Part shown: in pieces, positions 1-13,757 of the stretch
Layout of the letters: every line of letters starts with the position of its first letter
How positions within the stretch are numbered: the first letter of the stretch is position 1
Source of the DNA: Lingula anatina
Lineage: Eukaryota > Animalia > Brachiopoda
Length of the DNA stretch: 64,000 nt
Direction of reading: 5' to 3'
NCBI GenBank assembly: GCA_051362555.1
Contig: CM120647.1
Span: 10,433,378 to 10,497,377 of the forward strand
The notes under the pieces: model-generated
Told to the model about the DNA's origin: nothing
The model's database searches: none
The model's input: only the letters and a program-made list of their open reading frames with translations
Translations under genes and position numbers: made by a program

Positions 1-635
1 TCACTTTCCCTAACGCTGAAAACATGGGCGTGGGCACTTCATATGTCATGTTTGCTTGCCTAGTTAACATAAAAGCAGTTCTGGAGGCAGGTTCTAACTA
101 TCAGCAGATTGACTTGTGTTTGACAGATACAGGGAAGAAACAATAGAAGATGCTACTCGGACAAGATTCACAAAGTCATTGCTACCCATAAGACAAGACA
201 TCTGATTTATCACATTCCCTGACCCTGAGAACATAGGTGTAGACACTTCATTTGTCATGTTTGCTTGCCTAGTTATAGAGATACAGAAGTAAAACAGTTT
301 TTCAGCAATGGCGATCCTAATTTGCATATTTAGGAAAATTGCGTAAGTCTAATTCTAACAGAAACATCTTAATAATGTTCCTCGACCCTGAAAATATAGG
401 TAAAGACACTTCATTTGTCATGTTCACCTGTCTAGTCCCAGAGATATTGCAGAAAATAGGAAATCTGGCGGCCATTTTGTTTTTTTGCAAATTAGACCGT
501 TAAAAACGCAAAATTTCGCTTGGGAACCGGGTAAATCGGATTCAGCATCCCAAAATTATGCTAATAAGCCTGGTTCCCAACTTTTACCCCAAAATGCCCC
601 TACTATTCATCTTTTGTGGAAATCCCACTAGACTA
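1..635. mobile_element. End of a non-autonomous DNA transposon-like repeat with three diverged internal repeats (possibly Academ-like terminus)
   Basis: Three related blocks 'ccctgaaaacataggt...cacttcatttgtcatgttt..cctagt' at ~10, ~215 and ~380. Also tggcggccattttg and a terminus ...cactagacta (reverse complement TAGTCTAGTG). The superfamily is a guess. Confidence 0.45.
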
Positions 636-638
636 TAA

Positions 639-892
639 GACCTCATTCCCATAGAAAACATCAGTCTACATGGGTTGACCCAATGCTGCAGGAATTCTCG
701 CAGATTGCAGTCATGTTAACAGATTAACATGCATTGCCCTGGTGTTAAATAGAATACAGAGAAACTGGTGGTTATACAGGTACATTGGAAACAAATGAGG
801 CGTGTCATTCAATTAAGCTGATTGCACTTGAGAGCCCCGGCACAGTTATGTTGATCTACGAAGACTGATGGTGTGTCTTTGAGAATGGGGTT
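639..892. mobile_element. MITE, PIF/Harbinger-like
   Basis: Imperfect TIR gacctcattccc ... gagaatggggtt flanked by TAA/TTAA. Internal sequence resembles the older hairpin element around 31420-31810. Confidence 0.55.
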
Positions 893-1471
893 TTAAGTTC
901 TTTTGCTTCAAGGTTGAAATGCACAGACTGAGTACGTACTAGTATGTGTGAGGTAATTGGGATAAAGGACAGAGGATAAAATACCTGACAACTTCTTTAC
1001 CTGGTACTACAAGGCCAGTAAAGTGGTTTCTTTTGCCATTTCAAGGTTGAAATGCACAGGCAGCGCACAAACATACAATGTGCGTGTATACACATTCATA
1101 TATCAGGGATGAGATTTTTCTGACTTTTGGCAGATTTCTTACTTTTTGGGAGCCAAAAATAAAGAAAAAATTAAAATAAAAAATGAAAATAAAATAAGCA
1201 GATTTCTGGCTTTTTGAAAGTCAATATTACCATTAGCCTGGACGTCCCCTGGCCCCCATGCCGTATTTTTCTAGCTTTTTCGCTAAATGGCAGCCTTATC
1301 TTGGTATATTCAAAAACACCTTGCAAAGTTTGGTAATAGTGGGACACATCCCCCCCCCCTTTCCCGTCCTGCCAGCAGATGGTGCCACTGGTCAAGATAC
1401 ACCCACCACCACAACTGAACAAGACGAATGCACATTTCCTGTGAATACATTGTCCATTCATTCCATTCCAG

Positions 1472-2860
1472 TCAAATCCCTCCCCATTCACTGCGTGGTA
1501 GAGCACATCCAGAGCCCGGTGCCACCAGACGGCGCTGCTGCCCAAGACGCACCTGACACCACCATTGAACAAGATGGATATGCCATCCTGGCCAGTAACA
1601 CTCCCTTCCATGACATTGTGGTGACGGCACTGCTCAAACTGGGCTACAATTCACTGGACGCAATGTCTGCTAAAGGTGGGTAGAGACAGGAGATCACTGG
1701 CACCTACTAGTAGAGGTAGTTCTGACATTTATTTATTAAAAATATCATTGAATTTCTTATTTTGATGTTTCGTTTTCACTTATCCTTTTGACATTTTTAT
1801 ATTGATTAAAAAGTTAAAAATATATTGATGAATTACAATACGTATATAAATAGATAAATAAATGAATAGATGAATAAATTAGTTTATTTATTTATTTATT
1901 TTTTATTTTATTTTATTTTTTTTTTTTTTTGTTCAGCCAAATCACTGATTTTACTGTTACAGTACATCAATTGCATAATTTGCAAGCATGCATAAATTTT
2001 AAAGAAAAAGTTAATTTTTTTGTTTAAGTGAATACTTTATATGTCATACATTTTGATATGATTATGATGTATAAAGGGTACCTATTGTACTGATTTTGTG
2101 AGGAAAAAAAAAGATGAGAAAAGAAACTGGCTATTTCTATATAAGATAAATAAGCCAAATCTGTCTCATCATTAATTGACTTACTACACAGTCAGTTGTT
2201 GTACGGTAGGGATGAGGTGGTGGTTTATTGGGTATGATTGATTATTGACGGAACAAAGGGCTCATTGTGAGGGGGCTGTGAGAGACCATGATGGCGTGAC
2301 AGAGTTTTTGTCAATACGGTGACTTTCATAAAGGTGGAATGATAATAAGTGTGTATTAGCACAGGGGATTGGGGGGGGGGGGGGCTGGGAGGGGGGAAGG
2401 GAGAGGTAATAATATTAATTAAAAATCAATCAAGTTTATTCAATTTTTTACAATTTTACAATTTTATTTATACAATTTTATTGTGTATAAAATTGTATTA
2501 TGAAATGCACATAAAACGGAAATTGTTTTACCATCTGGGTTGTAAGGAAGATGAAAATATAATAGAAATAAAAGAATACCAGCAGAAATTAAAATAAAGA
2601 ATAAGAGTCATTGCTGAAATTACAATGTTTTGCTATTAAAAAGAGATGTAACGGTTGGGTAAAAGCTTTTGGATAAAAATGTTTGCTTTTTCTGTATTTA
2701 GGTGTTGTCGTTGTCAGTTGTATAAGTGTATTTGTAAGAGTTAGATAAAAATGCTGGTGAATTGTTTGTATTTATTTATTTATTTTCTTGAGCTGAAATT
2801 GAATAAGTGGGGCAAGAAAGCTACTGATTCAGAAAGATGTTATAGGAAATATTATCATAT

Positions 2861-2919
<59 letters not shown>

Positions 2920-4422
2920 TAAATATAAAGTATTAGCATCTTGTATTTTCTTTCTTTCTTTCTTTCTTTCTTTATTTATTTATTTATTCTTTAATAACAT
3001 TAACAAAAAGTACCACAAATTTTTCCATAGCATTAAAGTTCACCTGTCAGCTCTGATCTCTTGACTATTGGCAAGGACATCCATCTCCTTTGATAATGTC
3101 ACACAAATTGCAGCGTCATGTCACTTGGTGTGACACTGTGTGAATTGGCGGCAGTGTCGGGCTGATGTGAACCTGGGATTACCCCTTGTCCTACTCCTTT
3201 CCTATTACCTAAGTTTCGTACATGGCCTTTTTACCCCCCCCTTACTTTGTCTACTGTGACCTCTCCTTGTCGTCTAACAAGTGACATTTGCTATATTAGA
3301 TGTAGCAAGCTATCATTTGGGAGCTTTTTTCATTGAATCTCAACTGAGTGTGGCTTTAACCAAGTCAATGCCTTTGGTTTATTGGTTGTAATGATCACTT
3401 TTATGGGAGTGAAGCAATTTAAAGAACAAAGACCAGTGGCAGTTCATAGGCTTTGAGGTGGCTTTGGATGAGGTCAGATATGGTATATTATTATTGTTTT
3501 TTTATTACTGCAGGGGTGTTTTATTTGTGTTTATACTTTTTAAATGGTATGTGAGAGGGTATTCAGTATAAAATACATTACTTTTAGAGAACATGAAAAT
3601 GACAGAAATATGTCAAGCAGGCAGATATACTCTGCTTTCCTCTTTACTCTTTATTTACCTTTATAATTTTTTAAAAAATGAATTTTAATTTTATTTATAG
3701 TGTAAAAGTAAGTTAAAAAATGTACCAGTAAAAAACAGGTTGAAGCCAAAGCTAATATGTAGATCACCTTAACCCTGGGTTTGTTGTCACAAAGCATCTG
3801 CTTTTCACAGGTAAATTATTGAAAGCCTCTTCAGTACAATTTCAATATCATCAATTAACCCCCCTTCCTGGGTGTCCTGTATATTATTCGTTCTCCCAAA
3901 CCTGTCTGGCAGGTTAAGTCAGATCTGGGAACTGATACAGACTCAACGATGGACCTAATCACAGACTTAATGACGGAGTTCCCCAAAGTTGATCAGATCT
4001 CTAGATTACAATCCAGGTGACAGAATGGGTGAGTTAGTTTGTGGATAATCCCTCAGCTCTACCTCTGTGTGTTTGTCTCACCTGGCTTTCAGTAAGACAG
4101 GAAGATGTAAATGGGCTGGACTCGTCTTAATTTTATCAATTTGGGAACAGCAGGGGGGTTGGGGAGGAGGAGGTGCCACCTGAGTTTTCTGTCTTAAATC
4201 TCAACCTCTTCTTTCTTCTAAGTAGAATGTTGTAACAAACTGTTTTTAGCAGCTGGATTGGCTTATTGTCTTTCTTCACTTTTCCCCACTTTGATGCATT
4301 TCATAATTATCAGAAAAACATGACATTTTTTTCCCTCTTTTTCTCCAGATTATCATATAAGGCATGTGCAGCATTATATCATGTGTTTGGGCATAAAGAC
4401 AACCTCTCTCTCTCTCTCTCTC

Positions 4423-4453
<31 letters not shown>

Positions 4454-7400
4454 GATTTTATTCTTGCAATACTGAAACAAAGTGAATAAACAAACATACC
4501 GCAACAACAACATAAACATGTTTTTGTTACCTCCCCTCCAATCAAAACTCAAAATATAAAAAAATATATTGAATTGCCTAAGGTATGATTGTACATTTAA
4601 CAAGAAACTTGGACTGATGCCCTTATTGAAAAAAAAATGTGACACTTAAACATACATGTTAATTACCACAGGAAAGGAGCAATTTGAATTTCATTTGAAT
4701 TTCATTAATTTGCAAAATAAGTGTAAGTAATAGTAAACTTCCTGTCTCATTCTGTTGAAAAAAATAAACAGGATATACCTGTATCAACAGCTATAATTAT
4801 GCTAATTGGAATGTTGGCATACTGGGGAAAGGTGAGTAGTGATTTTCCAGATTATCCAGATTAGAAACTTGATTAGGAGGGTGGTGATGATAAAGATGCC
4901 ATTTCTGAAAATTCAGTTAATTGAATTGATCAGTAGTGTTTGAAATACAATTTTATAAATCAGAAAAAAAGTATTTACAAGTTGGGATAAATAAACAATA
5001 TTTTACCCCTTGGCTAAAACAGAAATATTTCAAAAGTTCAAAAAACAGGTTTATTGAAGTTGTTTACTTCAATTGAGGTACATCCTTATTGCTGTGCAGA
5101 AGGAGATGGCTCTGTTACCTGGAGTTTAGAATGATATATTTAGTATATTGAACTTAACCATATGCTTTGGAAGAGAGCTTTGTAGGTGACTGATTACCGT
5201 GTTACAAAAGTCTTCAACTTTCTGATGAGTTAGTGACAGACTTAATTGATGTTTTTCATTCCAAAATCTTTATTTAATTGCTTGTCAGGAAGTTCAGGTG
5301 TCATTGTCTTTAGTTTAAATACTTGGAGGACACCTGGGCCTTCTGTTGATTTATTTATAACATGAGACTCAAGTGGCAGATTCGGTGTTATTGTTTTGAT
5401 TATTTACACAACGATGGCCATATGACCAATCTGTTGATTATGCTCATTTTTCAGGTAGGGTCTTCGCCGACTATTAATGCTTTGTTCAGAGATGACCAAT
5501 GTTACAGATTTGTTTGTCACACTGGTTTACTGATATCACATTAGATGACGTAACACTTTGTGTGCAGATGAGCATGTTACTGATTTGTTTGGCATGCAAT
5601 TTTTAACTACTTATCTCCTCATCATTATACAGATGCCAGGGCCTAAATGTAAGCTTGTGTTTTGTGATCTACTGCATGCTTTTATTGACAAGTAAACATA
5701 ATCATCATAATTATGCATTATCAGGGCCACAAGGAGTTGGGTAAGGGCCCTGGTGCTGCAGATGGACAGTGACAGGTAGCTAGATGATTTACCTGGATTA
5801 GTGGAAAGGGGACACCCTCTTGCACACTGGTGTGAGTGAAAAATCTTCTGGACACTGGAATGTAAACTCTTAGCACAGAAAAAAAATCTATGGCCTTGGA
5901 AAAGGGATGTGTAAAATTAAGTTGTGAATAGATTTTTCACATTTGGAAATGTACAGAATTTAAAAAAAATGCTGCGATACAAAAAAAGCCATTTTTGATA
6001 GGCAGATTGAAACACACATGAAATAGTCAATAAAATAATGCATGAGAAGGAACAAACAGTACAATAAAAATATCTTATCAAGCCATTGTGCTTCTATTCA
6101 GTTTCAAGAAAACTCTGGGTTAAAAACCCAAAACCATATTATAACTCTAATATAATGTGTCCAGGTCCCCTCTGTGGAAGAGGATAATAGATACAAGATA
6201 ACTCCCAGATGTTGGACAAGGTATTTAAGATCAAAGAGATATGGGAACAAAACTCTAACCACCCACCTCCAGCAGGGGGGGAGGGGGAGGAGGGGGACTT
6301 GCTAACAATAGGAGGAATTCCCCAGCTCAGGTAGATAATAGGTATAATATCCTGGTCAGTGGAAAATGACCAGTGTCCTGGGGAGGACTTAATCTGCCTA
6401 TTGGACAGTAAGGGGATGAAGGTAGTGGCCTTAATTACATTGTTGGTGTAATTATTGGACTTGTGCTGAAGAAGTGGCATTGTTGTGTTTTGATTGTGGC
6501 TGGAGACTGGTTGATTAGAAGACACTGCGTTTTATATTGAGGGCTCAGAACCAGTGGATGTCTTCAGAGTGAGAAGATGAACAGTTCAGTTCTCTGTTAG
6601 GTTCTTTAGGATTCTGCTTCGTAGATTACTAGGTTGGACTGAACATTGAGGAATTGATAAGGTGAGTTTTTGTCAGGGATTGTACTGGACAGGTATAGAA
6701 AGATGGCTTGGTGTATGTGTATCTATTTATTTGAGTACTGACGAAGAAAAAAAGTTAGATAGGTGTGAAATTATTTTAAATAAGGGTCAAATATGGAAAA
6801 TACTTTTAAAAAATCTTGTTGGGGTGTTTTAGTGTTTTCATACACGGAAATATTTTCATGACACAAAAAAATAATTATATGACTTATATGTCCAGTAGGG
6901 ACAGTAGTTTTTAAGATAAACTGCGATTTCCCATTATCTTCAAGTAGATATATAGGATGTGAACCTTTGCTGGTGATTGATAATAAGTAGACTAACGTAC
7001 AAATTCAAAACACCAGTAGAAATCCATAAGATTTTGTCCCTTGCATGCATGTCTTCATTTATCGTCTTTTTGATGAGATAGGGTCAAATTGATAGTTGAA
7101 ATTTATGCTGTATAATGGTAAGAAATGTTGCTTTTGCAGGGAAGTTATCTGTTCTTTGTCAATTAAGATGAGTGATCAGTGCTTGTAGTCAGTGTAGCAT
7201 GATCCACATAGTAAAAGAGGGTTGTGTTCATAGGGTTAATGTCCAGGAAAAAGTTCAAATAGTAAATTTAATAGTCACCTTTAAGAAGTACGAGTTTTTA
7301 AAAGTTGAAATAAATCTGAAAAATGAAAGAAAATATCCATAGGTGGTACTGCCAAACCCAATGTAAGGGGAAAGATATATTTAAAGACCACATATGAAAA

Positions 7401-8637
7401 AGATACTTCAATTGTGAAAAAAAAAAATGTTAAATTTTTGTGTTTCTCAACTTGTATGTAAATGTTAAGATTCACTGCCAAAGGTACTGGGCATACCTTT
7501 TCTTATTGAAGTCCACTAAAAATGAGTTGTCCCTGGTACAAAATGAAGAGTTTTAACATGGTGACCTATGACTGAACCAGAGAATGACATGAGCCTATCA
7601 TTTACCTGGGGAATACATAGCTCACCTAAAGTGTAGACAGGTCATTTTTTCACAAAACAATAGGATGGGTTTTACTTAAGTGTTGTAAGCTTAATCTTCA
7701 TGTGTTGATGTGTGTTTACAGTGAAGATAGGCCAGTTTAAACCAAGCTTGACACATCTATTTTGCAGTCTGTGTGGCCATTGTAAAGATACACATTGTAA
7801 ATAATTTATATAATTAAAAAATAAAGAATTTTGCTTTAAAACTAAAAGAGGTGGCTATAAGCCCCTAGGTCTCAGTTGTTTAGTCATCTTTGTCAAAATT
7901 ATGATTAAAACTCAAACAGCAATATAAGGACATACATAGGATTGTTTCACTGGAGTTACCAATACAATAGAATACCTGCAAATTCATATCAACCAATCAT
8001 GTAGATAAACCAGTCAAGCTGTTAAGGAGGTCAAAGTTGGCATTTTCTCCAGGTGATAAGGATGCAAATGACTTAATCTGTTGTTAATCAATGATCAGGC
8101 AATTAACTTGATGACATCCACAGTGTCAAACAGACAGGTGACACATGTCAGTCATTATCTGGACACCTGACAGTTTTACTGGGGACAGCTTGAATGTCTG
8201 ATGAACCCTATAAAAGAGAGGACTTCTCTGAGATCTGGTCATTACCAGCTCAGCAGTGGAGAAGTAAGGGTCACAGAGACAGCTCTCTATGTTTTAATGT
8301 GTATTGAATTATAATGTGTGTTTGCCTTGCAGGTGATACTTGCATCTAGACTGAGACTTTCAGATAATTTAAGTCATATTACTTTTTAAGTGTTTCAGAC
8401 TCCATTAGGCAACAGGGATTGTGCAAAGTCCCATATTTTTTGGAATTATTATTGTTTTTTTTTTTATAATGAATTTTTAATTGATATTTAACAATGTTTT
8501 ATTATTTCAGGTGCTATTCAGATCAAGAACTGGAAGCCTCTGGCGTTTGATACTATAACTGAGAACAAGGAGGCCACCATAGACCAGATTCTGGGGGAAC
8601 TGACCAACATAGCCACACTGAGGATTAAAATCTCAAG
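1472..8637 (+). CDS. Compass/SATB-family homeobox gene: shared exons encoding the ubiquitin-like (ULD/COMPASS) domain
   Basis: Exon 1472-1675 (ttccag|..KSLPIHCVVEH...YAIL..TPFHDIVVTALLKLGY...AK G|gtgggt) and exon 8511-8637 (ttcag|GAIQIKNWKPLAFDTITENKEATIDQILGELTNIATLRIKIS AG|gtagg). Phases match. The motifs are those of the SATB/dve ULD. The upstream start exon was not identified. Confidence 0.9.
2859..2990. repeat. (TTTA)n and (TTTC)n microsatellites
   Basis: Direct reading. Similar tracts occur at 9612-9693 (TTTA/TTA), 4404-4452 and 21470-21533 (CT), with poly-T at 47626-47678. Confidence 0.95.
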
Positions 8638-9438
8638 GTAGGAACAGTACTATGTTATCTATGGATAGGGATAGGTTTTTTCATACCAGAGTTTCAGAGA
8701 CTAAGGGAAACTTTTTCACCCAAAACTGTGACAGGTTGTGAAAAGTGAGGACCATAAGGAAATACTGGCAACTTGAGTATGTAGGCTGTCAGAAACACAT
8801 ATGACTCAGTTTACCAACTAAAGATTATTGCTTGAAATTGTTTTCTCAGTCCCTCTCCAACGGTTACCTGCTTTAGAAACCAAAAGTTTCCCTATCATAA
8901 TTGTTTCACCACAAGACAGTAAGAAACTTTTTAAGTCAAAGAAAAAAGAGTGGTATCTCTTTTACTTCAAGCCATAAGCATTTGTGTTTTATTCATGCTT
9001 TTTGCGCATAGTGTCAAGTGGGTTAAACTTAGTTTATTACCCCCTTCTAGTGCCAACTATGGTAATGAATGGCACTGGGATATCTTGTTAATAATCTGAA
9101 TATTTTCATCTATTAAGGGTTCATTTTTCCCTTTCTGTAACATGATAGGATGTTTTTTTTTTCTGAGATTAATTTTGGTTAATGGTGATTTCAATCAAAA
9201 GCAATCATTTATACCATCAAGTTGGTGCTCTTCATATCTTGACGTGTGCTCCCACCCTCCCGATTGTTACATGCTTGAAATATAAAATTGTGTATCAAGG
9301 CAGTTACTGGTTTGATGAATATTTACTATTGGACCACATTTATCCTACTATCATCGTCAACTGAAGCAACATTGCACGATTCAGGAGAGTAAGATGCTTT
9401 ATCCGGTCGGCCATTTTGAGTTCCCTTCCTACTTTCAG

Positions 9439-9612
9439 TACTGACAACACCCCGTGTAACCCGTCCTCTTCCTCGCCCTCCTCCTCCTTGTCATCAACAA
9501 CATCATCACCAGACATCCAGGACAAGCTGCTCCGGTTGTTGTTGTCATACTCTCAGGAATTGCTGCTGTCTTCTGGATGTCCACTTGATAAGGTAGACTA
9601 CTTCAGAAATCT

Positions 9613-9694
<82 letters not shown>

Positions 9695-12336
9695 TTGCAT
9701 TCATATCAATCAGGTGTCAGTTTCTGATGTATCTGATAAGATCAGACATTGTTTTATAGACTTTTTTTTAATCTTGGTATAGTTTTTTTTTTTTTATTTA
9801 AGCATGCAACTATTACATGTACAGCTAAAGACCTGCACGTAGCAAATGTTTACACAACACAATTTTTTGAAGAAATTTTCTGACATTTTATTAGTCCAAA
9901 ATTTGTGCAGTGTTTTTGGTAAAAGCTGTTCAGAGTTAATTTTAATTTCTTTAACTTTATAATTGTTTTTCTGTCAATCACATAGAATTTACCTTGACAT
10001 TGCAGGACATCCTGTCACAGATTTCTCAGGGACAGATCATCACGGACTCCGTCATCTCTCCCACCATGAAGGAGGACTTCTATAGATGGTATCAAGACCA
10101 GCTTCAGAGCAGGGCCTTCTCTGTTCTGGCATCGCTGAACCAAGACGGCACGGAATCTCAGAGAAAAACCATGATGTTTCTTCAGCAGCAAGTGCCCCCA
10201 GCAGGTGGCACCACAGAACAGCCACTAGGTGTCTCTACCGTACAGACAAGAGGGACTTACCTTCCCCCGCACCCATCTATGACCCAAGCCCAGATTGGGG
10301 AGCCAAACCAGCAAGTGTCTTTCCCACCCAACAACGGACATCATCACCTCACACTTCACAGGTCGCCACCAGCTGGCAGCACTGCAGATGACGCCCAAGA
10401 CATGACCTCACCCAATTCTTTTGTTGGGAGTGCCGGAAAATCACGCCCAAGGATGCGAGTCAACTTTGACCCACACTATGAAGTTCCCAGGCTTCTATAC
10501 TGGTTTAATATCAACGATCACCCAAACCGTACTCAGATGGAGGCTTACGTGGCTGAACTCAATTCTCTCCCTACGAGATATGGAAAGAGGCCCCTGGATG
10601 TCACCAACATTATGTACTGGTTCAAGAATCTGCGTGCTGCGCGGCGTAGGATTGCACGTACAGAAGACAGCCTCAATGCACTCAGTGACTCCAGTGACAA
10701 ACTCAACTACAACTCAAAAGAACACCTCAGGTGTCTCCCTCCTCAGATGGGTTCTACAGAAAGACTCTCACCAGCTCATCCCAGTGCAGTCCATCCACTC
10801 TCTATTACCTCACGACCAGTCCACCTAGGAAGAACCTCGCCTCAGCAGGTCACCCAACCCATGGGTCTCTCCCACTCCATTGCCTCCATAGTAAACAGTC
10901 CCAAGGATGAAAAGCTTGGCTCGCAGTCCAATTCTCCCAGGTTGGAGAACAGTTACGTGTCCAATTCTAGTCACGAAGAAGATGATGATGAGGAAATAGA
11001 TGTTGAAGATGATAGTGAGGATGAAAGTCCACTACGTATTGTGATTGACCAAAATGAGGATATGCTTGATGATGAATCTGCAAAAACTGACTCAGCTTGT
11101 CTTGAAGCTTCAAGCAATAAAGGTGCTCCCTCTGTTGAGGAAAAAACTGTGACAACCCATGGTCAACCCACGTCCAACAATCACTGTCAAGGCGAAACAA
11201 GTTATGCTTTGGAGAAAAACTATAATTCCCAACCAAATGAAGTAGAAGTGACAAGCTCAGCGGAACCTCAGGAAGAACCAGTAGACTTCTCTTTGACAAA
11301 ACGTAGCTCGGAGGACAGGATCCCAAGGGCAGCCAGTGTATACAGCTCCAGTAACTCGCGCCCAAGTTCTGTCGCCTCCAGTGTGGGAAGCAGATCATTG
11401 TCATATGAGCTTCAGCCTGAACCAGCTCACAAGAAAATCAAAATGGAGGATGGTACATCTTGGAGTGCACACAGAGGCTTACCTCATCACCAGTTCCCAA
11501 GGTCATTCTCAAGGTCAAGTTCAAGGTCTCCTACTGGGTCAAGTTCAAGGTCAGCTTCCCCATTGGAGAATGTTAAAGGGGCCACCTCTTCATTCAGCCC
11601 TTCAGTCACTGGAGTATTTGGATTTAATGGACAGATCAAACAGGAGAAAGTGAAGGATTACAGTACTGGGTTATACCCCCCTAGTTCTGCACAGTCCCCC
11701 TTGGCCCCAGGGTATCAGGGTGTTCCACCCCTTGTGTTTCCGAATGGTAAGCTACCACATGGTATGTTTGGTGGTGCACAGATTCCATCTCCTCTGACCC
11801 TGAGCTCTCTCCAGCAGCACCAGCAACAGCAGGCAGTGCTGCCGCCTATTGGTTTCAATCCATACTTCAACCCCTACTTCGTGCAGGCCCAACAGAGTGG
11901 TGGAATGGGCAACGGATTGCTGATGATACAGCCCAAGTCTGGTTCCTCGTCACCGGCAACTTCTCCTTTTGCCACCTCACCTGGAAGTGGACACGGTCCG
12001 AGCTACGCCAGATCTGACCCTGACCATGAAATTACCACCTCTCCAACAGTGACCACCGAGAAGAGACAACGCACAAGGGTCTTCATTGATCCCATCACTG
12101 AAATCCCCAGACTTGAGTCCTGGTTCCTCTTGGACACGCATCCCTCTATGTACGAGATGGAGAAGTACTGTGACATTCTGAACTCTTCTGAGTATCGACA
12201 GAAATTTCCCAAATTGAATGTGCGCAATGTTCAGCTGTGGTTCAAGAATCACCGCGCCAAAGTGAAGCGTTTGAAGGGTGCTGACGTGAGAATCGCTATG
12301 GCCTACGAGATGGCAGAGGCTAAGATGATGTGCTAA
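9439..12336 (+). CDS. Alternative 3' module A: Compass/dve-type CUT-like domain plus two homeodomains
   Basis: Exon 9439-9592 (phase-2 entry; KLLRLLLSYSQELLLSSGCPLDK|) and exon 10006-12336 (ttgcag|DILSQISQG...FYRWY). HD1 RMRVNFDP...YWFKNLRA at ~10444-10650; HD2 RTRVFIDP...LWFKNHRA at ~12064-12270. Stop at 12336. Confidence 0.9.
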
Positions 12337-13751
12337 TACTGTGACAGTTTGTGGTATAATAATTCAGACCAATGGAAAAATTTAATTAAAATAAGCAATA
12401 TTCTATATGTATGTTAACAAATGAAGAGGTTATATTTATAATATAAGTTGAGACCAATCAAGTGTATTAGGGCCAAAATGTAGAACTAACATATTGAGGT
12501 GTGATATTATTATGAGGACGATAAATGCTGTATTTCCTCATTTGTATAGCTTATTGACAATGTTTTCAGTGCTTTCTGCAGAAGAATACATGAGATGAAA
12601 AGAGAAACTAGAAGTTTTTCAATGTTTTTATCATAGACCAACCATTGAAAGAATTTGTATTTATTTATTTATTTTCACTCAAAACTGACAGCAATATAGT
12701 AGTTAGCTTATGACGTAAGTGGACCCAGTCCACACACTAGTTTATAGTTTAGCATGAAGTAAAGTGTAGAACTTAGATGTTTGATAAAGATGACTAGAGA
12801 TGTTGTCTGTTGAGAAGTTGACATGTGATGTTAGCTTGATGGAGTATAACATGTATATTTGTACATTATTTGGATAACTTGTGTACTAAGTAGTTAGTAG
12901 ATATACACATTGATTTACATCTCACAGTTTATAGATACGTTAGGCTGTTATTAAGTAACCCAAAGTCTAGTCTGGTAGATGCACACAGTAAATTTTCATT
13001 TCATTAAGTTTCCAAGAGATATTTCTAGATATGCTAGACTGTTATTAAATAACCCAATCAGTGTCTAGTTCATGCTCTCCGAGGTTACTGAGAAGACCAT
13101 TCTCCTTTGCTGTTTTGCCATTGTGTAACATATCTTTACAGTATTTTGTTCCCATTTCAATATTTTCTGTAGTGGATGAGTACTGTGGTGCTTACCGGAA
13201 TGTAAATATATTTTTTTTTGCCATTATACTTAAGGTAGTATAAGGAGATGTGGCCTGTGATGAGAAAATGTGGTGATGTGAGTTGATATTAGCTGTTTCT
13301 TCAACTAGCTTGACTCAACAGGATTCAGATTTAAATGTTTTTAATTGTAGTATTAATTCATAAGCAGTTTGTGTTAATTTTGACATCATGATATTCTAAG
13401 TACTTAATAAGACAAAGCTCCTTATTTTCATACTTTGCTAACTGCCAGTGATTTTTTAATCTAACAGATAGACCATGGTGGCATATTGTAATTGTTTGAC
13501 AAGTAAAAAAGACTTCTTTCTTTCTTTTCCTTATTCTGGATATTGTATTTTTCATCAGGGTTTCGCAAACACTAGTCATTATTTTTGTGTTTTTGAGCAA
13601 AAAGTCAAAAGATTACCCAACACATGTCATGGTGCATTAAATGATTCTATTATATTGAACTTAATAAATATATTTTGTGTGTATGTATATTTGATAGCCA
13701 TAATAAAGCCATATTTTGTGGTACAGGGTATTTTTGTATAACAATCGATGG

Positions 13752-13757
13752 AATAAA
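13752..13757 (+). terminator. Probable polyadenylation signal of module A
   Basis: AATAAA followed by a T/GT-rich tract (tacttctttgtttgt), ~1.4 kb after the stop. A second AATAAA lies near 13702. Confidence 0.45.
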
